From a bacterium (GTDB taxonomy: Bacteria > UBA8248), in the NCBI GenBank assembly GCA_965202625.1, contig CBDBBI010000010.1:1952001-2016000 (forward strand): 64,000 nucleotides of DNA, written 5' to 3'. The notes beneath the pieces were generated by a model. The model saw only the letters and a list, made by a program, of their open reading frames with translations. It was not told where the DNA came from and made no database searches. Of the stretch, positions 1-9,386 are shown one piece after another (the first letter of the stretch is position 1; each line of letters opens with the position of its first letter). Both the position numbers and the translations under genes were made by a program.

Positions 1-293
1 GGCACCTGAACGATGCGGGCCGTGCGCCGAACCTCATCGCCCTCCTTGATGGCGCGATCGTCGCCCAAGAGCACGGCGCCGACGTTGTCGGTCTCCAGAT
101 TGAGCGCCATCCCATACAGATCGCCGGGAAAGGCCAGCAATTCCCCCGCCATGCACTTCTCCAGGCCATAGATGCGGGCGATGCCGTCTCCCACCGAAAT
201 GACGGATCCGGTTTCCGCAAGTTCGACCGAGGCGTCAAAGCCCTCGATTTGCTTCTGAATGATCTGGCTGATTTCTTCGGCGCGAATCTGCAT
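1..293 (-). CDS. atpA: F0F1 ATP synthase subunit alpha (5' part; runs off window edge)
   Basis: Minus-strand ATG at 293 reads [19 protein letters not shown]...[49 protein letters not shown]; lies directly downstream of atpH. Confidence 0.97.
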   Translation of the reverse strand, partial: MQIRAEEISQIIQKQIEGFDASVELAETGSVISVGDGIARIYGLEKCMAGELLAFPGDLYGMALNLETDNVGAVLLGDDRAIKEGDEVRRTARIVQV

Positions 294-335
294 GAACTGC
301 CCCCTTGATCCTGCAACTGACTCCTGAAAAGAGTG

Positions 336-878
336 TCAATTCTCCATCAACGCATTTCGCATGTTACGAAGCTGATTGCTGATGCTGCCGTCCATGACGA
401 CGCCGCCCACGCGGCAGACCAGCCCCCCGATGAGTTTCTCGTCCTTCTCCGCCTCGATGAGCACCTCGGCACCGGTGATCTTGGAGAGTTTCTCGCGCAA
501 CTCCTCAAGGACGGCGGCGTCGAGCGCATGCGCCGCGCTCACGTGCGCGCGAACGCGGCCGCGCTTCTCGTCCGCAAGCTGCTGGTAGCTGCGCGCCATG
601 GCGGACAACTCGCCGATGCGGTCTTTCTCCGCCACCACGCGCACGAAATTCCGAAGCAGCTCGCTCGCCCCTGAAGAGGCCATAATCTCATCCAGCATCC
701 TCACCCGCACGCTTCTCGCAAAGCGCGGGTTGAGCAAGACGCGCCGCAACTCCTGGTTTCCCTGAAACTCCTCCGCTATCTCCGCCAGCGCCTCTCCAGT
801 CTCGTCCAGGACGCCCCGGTTCTCGGCAATTTTCACCAACGCCCGCGCGTAGCGCCGCGCCGCCTCGCCGCCTATCAC
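336..878 (-). CDS. atpH: ATP synthase subunit delta
   Basis: ARRYARAL at N-terminus, LIGGLVCRVGGVVMDGSI at C-terminus; operon context. Confidence 0.95.
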   Translation of the reverse strand: MIGGEAARRYARALVKIAENRGVLDETGEALAEIAEEFQGNQELRRVLLNPRFARSVRVRMLDEIMASSGASELLRNFVRVVAEKDRIGELSAMARSYQQLADEKRGRVRAHVSAAHALDAAVLEELREKLSKITGAEVLIEAEKDEKLIGGLVCRVGGVVMDGSISNQLRNMRNALMEN

Positions 879-1489
879 AGGGAGCCTCCGTTTCTATGGC
901 CCAGTTTGTCGAGATAGCGCGCAACGAGCCTTTCCCGATCCGCCTCGTTCAATTCCCTCTTGAGCATATCCTCGGCCAGGCGCAAGGCCAGGCTTGCGGC
1001 CTGACTTTGCAACGCAGCGCGCGCTTTCGAGATTTCAAGCCCGATGGTCGTCCTCGTTTGCTCAAGCAGGCGCCGCGCCTGGCTCTCCCGCTCTTCCTCG
1101 AGCCTCGTCCGCATCTCCTCGCGCTCGCGCTCGCCCTGCTCGCGCACCCGGAGGATTTCCGCCTCCAGACCGGCCACCTTGTCCCTCTGCGCGGCAAGCT
1201 GTTCTTCCGCTTCCGCGCGCGACGCCTTGGCCTCCTCAAGCGCCCTGCGAACCCCCTCCCTGCGGTCTTTCAGGAAGTTCTGAATGGGGCGAAAAGCAAC
1301 CTTGTAAAGGATGGCCACGACGATGAGCGTGTTGATGACCTTGAAGAGTTCTTCGGTGAAACTAAATGGCTTGTGATGCGCGCCCGCCTCCGCAGCCCAT
1401 GCGGATTCGGGCGAAAACAGCGCGGCCGCCACAAACAGAACGGCCAAAAGACTCCAGTGCCACTTATCTGAAAACACAGCCTTCGTCAT
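875..1489 (-). CDS. atpF: ATP synthase F0 subunit b with N-terminal extension
   Basis: TM segment (KVINTLIVVAILYKVAFRPI) followed by a long charged coiled coil; precedes atpH. Confidence 0.9.
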   Translation of the reverse strand: MTKAVFSDKWHWSLLAVLFVAAALFSPESAWAAEAGAHHKPFSFTEELFKVINTLIVVAILYKVAFRPIQNFLKDRREGVRRALEEAKASRAEAEEQLAAQRDKVAGLEAEILRVREQGEREREEMRTRLEEERESQARRLLEQTRTTIGLEISKARAALQSQAASLALRLAEDMLKRELNEADRERLVARYLDKLGHRNGGSL

Positions 1490-1492
1490 CCT

Positions 1493-2065
1493 TCATCCAA
1501 TCGCGCGGCCCGCAAGCCTGCTGGCGATCTCGCTCGCCAGATGGACGGCCCTGCCCTCAAGTTCGGAGGCCACCCATTTCGTCTGCTCCGCGAGAGACTG
1601 GCGCGTTTCCTCAATTTCTCGGTTCGTTCTCTCACGCATTTCGTCGATGCGCTCTCGGCTCGCCTCGCTCATCTCCTGCTGGAGGGCGATGAGGGCTTCC
1701 GTGTTCTCCCCTTCAATCTCCGCCAACGAATCTTCGTATTGGCTGACGTAGCCCGCCGTCTCGCTCCTGCCGCGCTCGGCGGCGCGCCGATCGCCAGAGA
1801 TCTCCGCATCGCGCGATTCCATGAGGCCCATCAACGGCCTAACCAGAATTTTGTTGAGGATGAAGAGCAGAACCAGAAAGTTGGCCCACTGCACCACGAT
1901 GACGACCGGGTTGAGGACGAGCGCGCCGCTTCCGATGTTGAAGCCGGCGAGCCAGCTGTCCGCCGCTCCGCCCGCCGCCCAGGATGCGGACGGCGCGATG
2001 AGCAACGCGGGAATCATCAACGCCAAACCACGCGCAAGGCGCTTGAAACGAACAAGGTGGAACAT
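1493..2065 (-). CDS. ATP synthase F0 subunit b' (start uncertain, up to 2128)
   Basis: VVQWANFLVLLFILNKILVRPL motif plus coiled coil; second b-type subunit upstream of atpF. Confidence 0.88.
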   Translation of the reverse strand: MFHLVRFKRLARGLALMIPALLIAPSASWAAGGAADSWLAGFNIGSGALVLNPVVIVVQWANFLVLLFILNKILVRPLMGLMESRDAEISGDRRAAERGRSETAGYVSQYEDSLAEIEGENTEALIALQQEMSEASRERIDEMRERTNREIEETRQSLAEQTKWVASELEGRAVHLASEIASRLAGRAIG

Positions 2066-2212
2066 CTCTTCCTTTCCGCCACGTTCCGCATCGGACATGA
2101 AGCCACCCCCCATGAGATGCAGGCGCATCAGTCAAAACTTTTTGGGAATGGCGCATGAAGTCGCTGCGTCTCTCAGGGCGGGGTTTGACGTCCGCCGCCG
2201 AGAAAACGCCTC

Positions 2213-2241
2213 AACCTACCCACAGCCATGGTGGAAGTCAA
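2213..2241 (-). promoter_or_regulatory. Putative sigma70 promoter of the atp operon
   Basis: Minus strand TTGACT-17 nt-TAGGTT. Confidence 0.4.
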
Positions 2242-2374
2242 GCCCTCGCGGGATTTTTTGCCGCCTCCTGAACTAGCGCTTTGAGGGTGCGCGGGGGAGT
2301 TGTGCTATTTTACGGAGAGGATGAGCAGCTTTCACTGTCGCCGATCTTCTTTATGAGGAGCGAAGAGGAGCGAA

Positions 2375-3367
2375 ATGAAATTCGTCACGTTTGAAGTTGC
2401 CACTCCCTTGGGAAAGGTCTCGCGCGTAGGCGCCCTGGGGCAGAGGCGCGATCGGCAAATTGTGCTCGACCTCGCTCACGGCTACGCCGCGCTCCTTCGT
2501 GAGGAAGGAGGAGAGCCCCGCTTTCGCGAATACGCTGACTTCAGACTGCCCCAGGACATGTGCGAACTCATGGCGGGCGGCGCGCCCTCCCTGGACGCCG
2601 CCCGTGCGGCGCAGGAGTTCATTCTGGCGGACGCCGCCCGACGCGGGCCAGACGGAGAACAGCTCGCCTTCTCTCTCGAGGAGGCGCGCCTGTGCCCGCC
2701 GGTGCCCCGCCCCGTCTCGTTTCGCGATTTTCTGATACACGAAGGACACAAGGCGGCGGGTGCGCGACGGCGCAACACCGCCATCGACCCCGTCTGGTAC
2801 GAGCTGCCCTCCTGCTACAAGGGAAACCGCCTCTCCATCATCGGCCCCGAGGATGCGCTCCCGTGGCCGCGCTACACGGAGAAACTCGACTATGAGCTGG
2901 AGATCGCCATGTTCATCGGAAAGCGCGGCAAGGACATTCGGTGCGAAGACGCCATGGGCCACGTTTTTGGCTTCAGCGCGCTTAACGACTTCAGCGCGCG
3001 CGACGTCCAGATGAAGGAGATGAAAAACTGGCTGGGGCCCCACAAGGGAAAGGATTTTGGCACGGCGATCGGTCCGTGCATCGTCACGCCGGACGAATTC
3101 GACCCCACCGAAGCGGTGATGATCGCTCGCGTCAACGGCGAGGAATGGAGCCGGGGCAACGCAGGCGACGCCTACTATTCCTGGGACAGAATGATCGAAT
3201 ATGCTTCCATGGAAGAGGATCTCATTCCGGGCGAGATGTTCGGCTCCGGCACGGTGGCCACCGGCTGCGGGGCGGACTTGGACAGATGGATACGGCCGGG
3301 CGACGTCATTGAACTCGAAATCGAGGGGATCGGCATTTTGAAGAACACGATCGTGAGAGACGCCTAG
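2375..3367 (+). CDS. Fumarylacetoacetate hydrolase family protein
   Basis: LDYELEIA, LNDFSARDVQ, KGKDF, GSGT motifs. Confidence 0.92.
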   Translation: MKFVTFEVATPLGKVSRVGALGQRRDRQIVLDLAHGYAALLREEGGEPRFREYADFRLPQDMCELMAGGAPSLDAARAAQEFILADAARRGPDGEQLAFSLEEARLCPPVPRPVSFRDFLIHEGHKAAGARRRNTAIDPVWYELPSCYKGNRLSIIGPEDALPWPRYTEKLDYELEIAMFIGKRGKDIRCEDAMGHVFGFSALNDFSARDVQMKEMKNWLGPHKGKDFGTAIGPCIVTPDEFDPTEAVMIARVNGEEWSRGNAGDAYYSWDRMIEYASMEEDLIPGEMFGSGTVATGCGADLDRWIRPGDVIELEIEGIGILKNTIVRDA

Positions 3368-3533
3368 CCTCCAGCCGGCCATCCCGGCAGCCTCACCCCC
3401 CCCTTGTTTCAGACGAGGCCATCGCCGGGCGCACATTTCGTCTCCTCCCGCGTCTTTTCAGAGGACGTGATTTTCCTTACCCCGAGAAGATGAAATACAA
3501 TGCGTGACACGCCACCCCCGAGAGAGGACGGCC

Positions 3534-4310
3534 ATGCCATACGAAAACGTATTATATGAAGTCGATGGGCCCCTCGCCCTCATCACCATCAACCGCCCCG
3601 AACGACACAACGCCGTATCCCTGGCCACGCTGGACGACCTCCACGCCGCCATCGCCGAGGCGGCCGAGGATGCGGCCGTACGCGCCATCGCCATCACCGG
3701 GGCGGGCGAGAAAGCGTTCGCCTCCGGCTCGGACTTGCAGGAGGTCGAACATCGAAACCTCCAAATCGCGCTCACCCCCCTGGTGCAAGGGGTGGCGGAG
3801 CGCCTCGAGAGAACGCCAAAGGCGACCATCGCGGCGATCAACGGCTACTGCATGGGGGGCGGTCTCGAAGTAGCGCTGGGCTGCGATCTGCGGGTTGCGA
3901 CGCCCCGTTCAAAATTCGCCACGCCGGAGGGGAGAATCGGCATCATCCCCGGCGGCGGCGCCACGCAGCGTCTTCCCCGCCTCATCGGGCGCGCCTGGGC
4001 GCTAGAGATGCTCTTGATGGGAGAGACCATCGACGCGAAGCGCGCGCTCGATATCGGCCTCATCACCCGCCTGGTCGAAGCCGGCGAACTCATGCCCACC
4101 GTCAAGAGGATGGCCAGGAAGCTGGCGGGCTATGCGCCCTTCGTTCCCCAGTTCATGAAGGCCATGGTGCACTGCGGCATGGAGGGCGGCATGGCGGCGG
4201 GTCTGGCGCTGGAGAAGTTCGCACAGGGCGCGCTTTGCGAAACCGAGGACAAGGCGGAGGGGCTCCGCGCCTTTCTGGAGAAAAGAAAGCCGCAATGGAA
4301 GGGCAGATGA
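3534..4310 (+). CDS. Enoyl-CoA hydratase/isomerase family protein
   Basis: AFASGSDL, AINGYCMGGGLEVALGCDLR, PEGRIGIIPGGGATQRL. Confidence 0.93.
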   Translation: MPYENVLYEVDGPLALITINRPERHNAVSLATLDDLHAAIAEAAEDAAVRAIAITGAGEKAFASGSDLQEVEHRNLQIALTPLVQGVAERLERTPKATIAAINGYCMGGGLEVALGCDLRVATPRSKFATPEGRIGIIPGGGATQRLPRLIGRAWALEMLLMGETIDAKRALDIGLITRLVEAGELMPTVKRMARKLAGYAPFVPQFMKAMVHCGMEGGMAAGLALEKFAQGALCETEDKAEGLRAFLEKRKPQWKGR

Positions 4311-4427
4311 CATGAGAGCCAAAGCCCTGGGCGTCCTGAAGGCCTGCGTCTGCGCCGAGAACAGGGTGGCGCGCGCCGGAGATGATGCTTTGACGTTGAA
4401 AGCAAACAAACACAGAGGAGCCAAAAG

Positions 4428-5906
4428 GTGAACAAACTCTCGGGGGCTTTTTTTCTGTTGCTCGCCCTGATGGTCGGATGCGCTGCGCCCCATCGGGCGG
4501 CGCAACCCCCTCTGGCGGCGCAGGTCTCGTGCAGAGCGTGGAACACTAAGAGGTTCTTCATGCGCGCCCGCGTCGCGGACGTTTCCCGTTGTCTTGCGGC
4601 CGGAGCGGACGTGAACGCACGGACCAAGAACGGAGCGACCCCCTTGCACGTGGCGGCGCATTTCAGCAAAAAGCCCGGCGTCGTGGCGACGCTCGCGAGA
4701 GCCGGAGCAGACGTGAACGCACGGGCTAAGCTCGGAGCGACGCCACTGCACTGGGCAGCGGCGCAAAGCAAAACGCCCGATGTCGTAGCGGCGCTCGTCA
4801 GAGCCGGAGCGAGGGTGAACGCGCGGATCAAGATCGGATTGACGCCCCTCCATGTGGCGGCGCAGTTCAGCCAAACGCCTGGGGTTGTGGCGGCGCTCGT
4901 AAAGGCCGGAGCGAACCCGGCGGTAAAAGACAAAACAGGCAAAACGCCGTGGGATTACGCGAAACAAAACGTCGCGCTCAAGGGAACGGAAGTCTATCGG
5001 CGGCTGAGCGAGGGATGGACGCCCCAGCATAGGGCGGCGGCGAACAGCAACACGCCCCGTGTCGTAGCGGCGCAGGTCTCGTGCAGAGCATGGAACACTT
5101 CGAGGTTCTTCATACGCGCCCGCGTCGTGGACGTTTCCCGTTGTCTTGCGACCGGAGCAGACGTGAACGCACGGGACAAGGACGGATTGACACCCCTGCA
5201 CCGATTGACGCCCCTGCACCGGGCGGGGGCGTACAGCAAGGCGCCCGGTATCGTGGCGGCGCTCGCGAGGGCCGGAGCAGACCTGAACGCACGGGACAAG
5301 AACGGAGCGACGCCACTGCACTGGGCAGCGGCGCGAAGCAAGACGCCCGGTGTCGTGGCAGCGCTCGTGAAGGCTGGAGCGGACGTGAACGCGCGGAATG
5401 AGTACGGATCGACGCCACTGCACTCGGCGGCGAAGCACAGCAAGACGCCCGGTATCGTGGCAGCGCTCCTGAAAGCCGGCGCGGACGTGAACGCGCGGAA
5501 TCCTAAGTATGAATGGACGCCCCTGCACTCGGCGGCGCAGTTCAGCCAAACGCCGGGTGTCGTGGCGGTGCTCGTGAACGCCGGAGCGAACGTGAACGCG
5601 CGAAACAAGAAAGGAACGACACCACTGCACGCGGCGGCACTGGACAGTAAGACGCCCGAAGTCGTGGCGGCGCTCGTAAAGGCCGGAGCGGACGCGGACG
5701 CGCGGGATGAGAACGGAGTGACGCCCCTGCACTTCGCGGCGGCGCAAAGCAAGACGCCCGGTGTCGTGGCAGCTTTGATGGATGCCGGCGCGGATCCGGC
5801 GGCAAAAACCCAAGAAGGCAAAACGCCGTGGGATTACGCGAAAGAAAACGACGCGCTCAAGGGAGGGGACGCCTATTGGCGGCTGAACGAGGGGCGATTC
5901 AAATAA
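4428..5906 (+). CDS. Ankyrin-repeat lipoprotein, two fused capped ankyrin modules
   Basis: Signal peptide with lipobox-like LMVGC; repeated GxTPLHxAA...GVVAALxxAGADVNAR units; N-cap and C-cap sequences each occur twice. Confidence 0.93.
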   Translation: MNKLSGAFFLLLALMVGCAAPHRAAQPPLAAQVSCRAWNTKRFFMRARVADVSRCLAAGADVNARTKNGATPLHVAAHFSKKPGVVATLARAGADVNARAKLGATPLHWAAAQSKTPDVVAALVRAGARVNARIKIGLTPLHVAAQFSQTPGVVAALVKAGANPAVKDKTGKTPWDYAKQNVALKGTEVYRRLSEGWTPQHRAAANSNTPRVVAAQVSCRAWNTSRFFIRARVVDVSRCLATGADVNARDKDGLTPLHRLTPLHRAGAYSKAPGIVAALARAGADLNARDKNGATPLHWAAARSKTPGVVAALVKAGADVNARNEYGSTPLHSAAKHSKTPGIVAALLKAGADVNARNPKYEWTPLHSAAQFSQTPGVVAVLVNAGANVNARNKKGTTPLHAAALDSKTPEVVAALVKAGADADARDENGVTPLHFAAAQSKTPGVVAALMDAGADPAAKTQEGKTPWDYAKENDALKGGDAYWRLNEGRFK

Positions 5907-6011
5907 AGCGCGTCTTGCTTGAGAGGAGGGCGGCGCAGACGCCTTTGCGAATGCGATTTCTCGCCCGTCGGAGACGATGCTTTGACGTTGCAACAAAAGA
6001 GGAGTGAAAAG

Positions 6012-6809
6012 ATGAAGAAACTCTCGGGGGTGTTTTTTCTGTTGCTTGCCCTGATGGTCGGCTGTCCTGCGCCCGCTCTGGCCGCGCAGGTCGCGTGCGG
6101 AGAATGGAACACTGTGGCGTTCTTCGAGCGCGCCCGTGGGGCGGACGTTTCCCGCTGTATTGCAGCCGGCGCGGACCTGAACGCGCGGGAGACCAGGTAT
6201 GGAGCGACGCCCTTGCATATGGCGGCGGTGCTCAGCAAAACGCCCGGCGTCGTGGCGGCGCTCCTGAAGGCCGGAGCGGACGTGAACGCACGGGCCCAGG
6301 ACGGAGCGACGCCACTGCACATGGCGGCCGTGCTAAGCAAAACGCCCGGTGCCGCCGTGGCGGCTCTCGCAAGAGCCGGCGCGGACCTGAACGCGCGGGA
6401 GACCAGGTACGGAGCGACGCCCCTGCACTGGGCGGCGGTGCGCAGCAAAACGCCCGGTGCCGCCGTGGCGGCGCTCCTGAAGGCCGGAGCGGACGTGAAC
6501 GCGCGGGATAAGACCGGAGGGACGCCACTGCACATCGCGGCGGTGCGCAGCAAAACGCCCGGTGTCATAGCGGTGCTCCTGAAAGCCGGAGCGGACGTGA
6601 ACGCGCGGGACAAGCGCGGATGGACGCCACTGCACATCGCGGCGGTGCGCAGCAAAACGCCCGGTGCCGTGGAGACTTTACTGGACGCCGGGGCAAACCC
6701 GGCGGCAAAAAACAAAACAGGCCAAACGCCTTGGGATTACGCGCAAGAAAACGACGCGCTCAAGGGAGGGGACGCCTATTCGCGGCTGAAAGAGGGGCGG
6801 TTCAAATAA
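6012..6809 (+). CDS. Ankyrin-repeat secreted/lipoprotein, paralog of upstream gene
   Basis: MKKLSGVFFLLLALMVGC leader nearly identical to the upstream gene; five TPLH ankyrin repeats; same C-cap TPWDYA..NDALKGGDAY.RL.EGRFK. Confidence 0.93.
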   Translation: MKKLSGVFFLLLALMVGCPAPALAAQVACGEWNTVAFFERARGADVSRCIAAGADLNARETRYGATPLHMAAVLSKTPGVVAALLKAGADVNARAQDGATPLHMAAVLSKTPGAAVAALARAGADLNARETRYGATPLHWAAVRSKTPGAAVAALLKAGADVNARDKTGGTPLHIAAVRSKTPGVIAVLLKAGADVNARDKRGWTPLHIAAVRSKTPGAVETLLDAGANPAAKNKTGQTPWDYAQENDALKGGDAYSRLKEGRFK

Positions 6810-7099
6810 AGCGCGCCTTGAAAGGGGAGCACCGCAGACGCCTTTGCGAATACCCCCTGAAAATGACCTTTTTTCGGGGCGTAAACGGCCGTGAAAGGGT
6901 CTTGAAAAAGCCGCTCAAAGCAGGGCGTCGAGCGTGATGGCGGCGAGAGCGCCCGCGTCCGTCCATCGCTCCGCGCCCTCCCGGAACGCTCTCCCCCTTG
7001 CTTCAAGCCATGACCTCTGGCACGATTGCGCTTCGGTGGAAGCGCGACGCCGGAGGGCCGGAAAAGCCCCCTCCGGTGCCCGTAGAACAGGAAGCGGAT

Positions 7100-7552
7100 A
7101 TGGCCGAAAACCCCAGCGTCACGTTCATCTGTCCCGCATGCGGAAAAAACGAACTGCCCCTTGACGAAGCCTGCGCGCCGAACGAATCCTTCTACGTTCA
7201 ACTCGCGGAGATGGACACTTGCAAGGAAGCGAAAACGGCGCGTTTCGTGTTTGGCGATGCGTTCACGGCGGGCTTCGGCGGCGTGGTGCGCGACCTGGAC
7301 GAGGAGGGCAACGAGCGCGAGCGTTGGGCTCCTCCGAGGACGGTGATCGCCTATCACTTCGCGAGAAACGACGAGCGCATCGGACACGCCCAACCCATGA
7401 ACGACTTCTACCCCCAGCCCCTGTATCGCAACCTCTCAAAGGGCGGCGGCGTGGAGAACGTCTACGTCGCCATGACGTTCCTGCCGCACAACGAAGCCAT
7501 GACCCCCGATATGCGGGCACAGGGAGAGGCGCTCGCCAAATCCTTGGGCTAG
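7100..7552 (+). CDS. Hypothetical protein with N-terminal CPAC motif
   Basis: ATG at 7100 after purine-rich RBS-like sequence; protein-like composition; no family recognised. Confidence 0.65.
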   Translation: MAENPSVTFICPACGKNELPLDEACAPNESFYVQLAEMDTCKEAKTARFVFGDAFTAGFGGVVRDLDEEGNERERWAPPRTVIAYHFARNDERIGHAQPMNDFYPQPLYRNLSKGGGVENVYVAMTFLPHNEAMTPDMRAQGEALAKSLG

Positions 7553-7806
7553 GACGGGCCCCGATCCAGGAGATAGCCGTAGATCCACGCCAGGAGCCCG
7601 AAAAAGACGAAGCCTATCGCGAACCCCCAGACGGCGCCGAGAATCGCTCCCAGAAAGGTGGGGGCGACGCCCGGGTAGAAGTTGCCTATCATCGCCAGGA
7701 TCTCCCCGCCCCAGCCGAACAGCGCGCCCAGCAAGGCATAGAGAAAAAACATGGCGGCGTAGATAATTCCTCCGGCCAGACCAAACTTTACGGCGTCGAG
7801 TTTCAT
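7549..7806 (-). CDS. Small membrane protein resembling the family annotated 'bacteriophage holin' (2-3 TM)
   Basis: MKLDAVKFGLAGGII...YPG..PTFLGAILGAVWGFAIGFVFFGLLAWIY pattern; no phage genes nearby. Confidence 0.65.
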   Translation of the reverse strand: MKLDAVKFGLAGGIIYAAMFFLYALLGALFGWGGEILAMIGNFYPGVAPTFLGAILGAVWGFAIGFVFFGLLAWIYGYLLDRGPS

Positions 7807-7970
7807 GGGCATCTCTCCGGCGGCGTGGAAATCCATTCTCTCATGCGCTATTGAATATAGGTTTGAGGGCGCATTCGCGCAAAATTGCCCGTGAATCCCC
7901 GAAAAATGGGAAAGGGGGTTTTTGCGTCAAATGGGACTGCCCACCCATCCCCAGACAGGAGATCGGCTTG

Positions 7971-8348
7971 ATGAGCGAGGAATCACGCTTCGAGAAAGGA
8001 ATGAAAAACCGCGCGAAGGTGTTTGGCGTCGAAGGCGAGGAGAGGCGCAAGGCGTTCGCGGCGGCGAGTCCCGCATTCGCCCGCTTCGTCACGGAGAACA
8101 TATACGGCGAGCTCTATGAGCGAGAGGGCATGGACCCCAAAACCAGGGAGACCGTGATCCTCTCCATCCTGTGCGCCCTCGGACGGGACAAGGAGTTCGA
8201 GCACCACGCCAAGGCGGCGCTGAACATCGGCATGAGCAAGGAGGACGTTCAGGAGATCATCATGGTGTGCGCACTCTACGCGGGCGCTCCCAACGCGGTG
8301 GGGGCGACGGAAGCCTCGCTGCGCGTTTTCAGGGAACTGGGAATCTAG
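7971..8348 (+). CDS. Carboxymuconolactone decarboxylase family protein
   Basis: YGELYEREGMDPKTRETVILSILCALG...HAKAALNIG...EIIMVCALYAGAP. Confidence 0.88.
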   Translation: MSEESRFEKGMKNRAKVFGVEGEERRKAFAAASPAFARFVTENIYGELYEREGMDPKTRETVILSILCALGRDKEFEHHAKAALNIGMSKEDVQEIIMVCALYAGAPNAVGATEASLRVFRELGI

Positions 8349-8351
8349 TCG

Positions 8352-9386
8352 TCACCCATCGGGGCCCAGGACGGCTCTGATTTTTTTGACGAGCTCCGTC
8401 GTGAGGCGCCGCGCCGCCTCGTCAAGGGGCGCCCTCAAGCGCGCGCCGGCGGCGAAAGCGTGGCCGCCTCCTCCAAACTTCCGGGCCACGTCATGAATTT
8501 CCACGCGACCCTTCGAGCGCAGGCTCACGCGGATGCGCCCGCTTCCCAGCTCCGAGAAGAAGGCGATGACCTCGACGGATTCTATCGAGCGGGGAACCGA
8601 AACGTATTCCTCCGTCTCGCTGCGCGACACTCCGAAACGCTCCAGCTCCTTCGCGCTGAGGGTGAACCAGGCCAGGCGTCCCCCGCAGTCGAGCGTCATC
8701 CGGCTCATCAGCGCCCCCAACAGCTTCACGGAGCCCGCGCCGTTCGATTCCCAGAAAACCGAGTAGGCTTCTCCGGGACGCACGCCGAGCGCGACGAAGC
8801 GCGACGCCCAGTTCAGAGTGCGCCTTGAGGTGTTCGTGAAGCGAAACTGCCCCGTGTCATAGACGATGGCGGCCATGAGCGCCCGGGCGATGAGGGGATC
8901 GACAAACCGATATCCCTCCTCGTCCAGGTAATCGGCGATCATCTCCCCCACCGCCGCGGCGCCCGGGTCGATGACGGAGGGACAATCGATGTTGTCTTCC
9001 TCTCGAATGTGATGATCAACGACGGCAAGGGGAAGGCCGCTAGCCGTCACCGGCACCTCGAGCTTGCCCAGGCGGCTGGCCTTGCCCGTGTCGACGATGA
9101 GGCATCCGTCGAAGCGATGCGCCCAGTCCTCCTGCGCGAGAAGATCCTCTCTGGATCGCGCGCGGCCCTCCGGGTCGAAGGAAGCGGCGAAGGCGGGCAC
9201 GTCGCCTTCGGCGACGACCACAGCCTGCTTGCCGATCCCCCGAAGGTAGCGGCTCAGCGCGATGCTCGTGAGAAAGCCGTCCCCGTCCGGCCCCACGTGG
9301 GTGAGAAGCAAAAAGCGCTCGTGCGCGGACAAAAAATCTCTCAAGGGGCGAAAACGGCTGGAGCCGTCCTCTTTCTCCACGCTCAT
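8352..9386 (-). CDS. nrnA: DHH family phosphoesterase / oligoribonuclease NrnA
   Basis: THVGPDGDG, VDHH, YDTGQF, SLRSKG, FGGGGHAFAAGA; ATG overlaps pncB stop (ATGA). Confidence 0.92.
   Translation of the reverse strand: MSVEKEDGSSRFRPLRDFLSAHERFLLLTHVGPDGDGFLTSIALSRYLRGIGKQAVVVAEGDVPAFAASFDPEGRARSREDLLAQEDWAHRFDGCLIVDTGKASRLGKLEVPVTASGLPLAVVDHHIREEDNIDCPSVIDPGAAAVGEMIADYLDEEGYRFVDPLIARALMAAIVYDTGQFRFTNTSRRTLNWASRFVALGVRPGEAYSVFWESNGAGSVKLLGALMSRMTLDCGGRLAWFTLSAKELERFGVSRSETEEYVSVPRSIESVEVIAFFSELGSGRIRVSLRSKGRVEIHDVARKFGGGGHAFAAGARLRAPLDEAARRLTTELVKKIRAVLGPDG

Larger units (their letters stand above)
4378..6851 (+). repeat. Tandem duplicated ankyrin gene cassettes including non-coding flanks, with internal ~102-105 bp repeats
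   Basis: Upstream block GGAGAyGATGCTTTGACGTTG at ~4378 and ~5970; downstream block TTCAAATAAAGCGCG...CGCAGACGCCTTTGCGAAT after both stop codons. Confidence 0.85.

Noticed and set aside
4002-6320. 772-aa minus-strand ORF and other long antisense ORFs over the ankyrin genes
   Set aside because: Shadow frames of the GC-rich repetitive ankyrin coding sequence; Arg-rich, with no independent protein features
4428-6809. CRISPR array or diversity-generating retroelement explanation for the repeats
   Set aside because: Repeats are in-frame coding units with no unique spacers, no cas or reverse transcriptase gene, and no adenine-specific TR/VR pair visible
7549-7806. Prophage suggested by the holin-like gene
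   Set aside because: No endolysin, integrase or structural phage genes in the window
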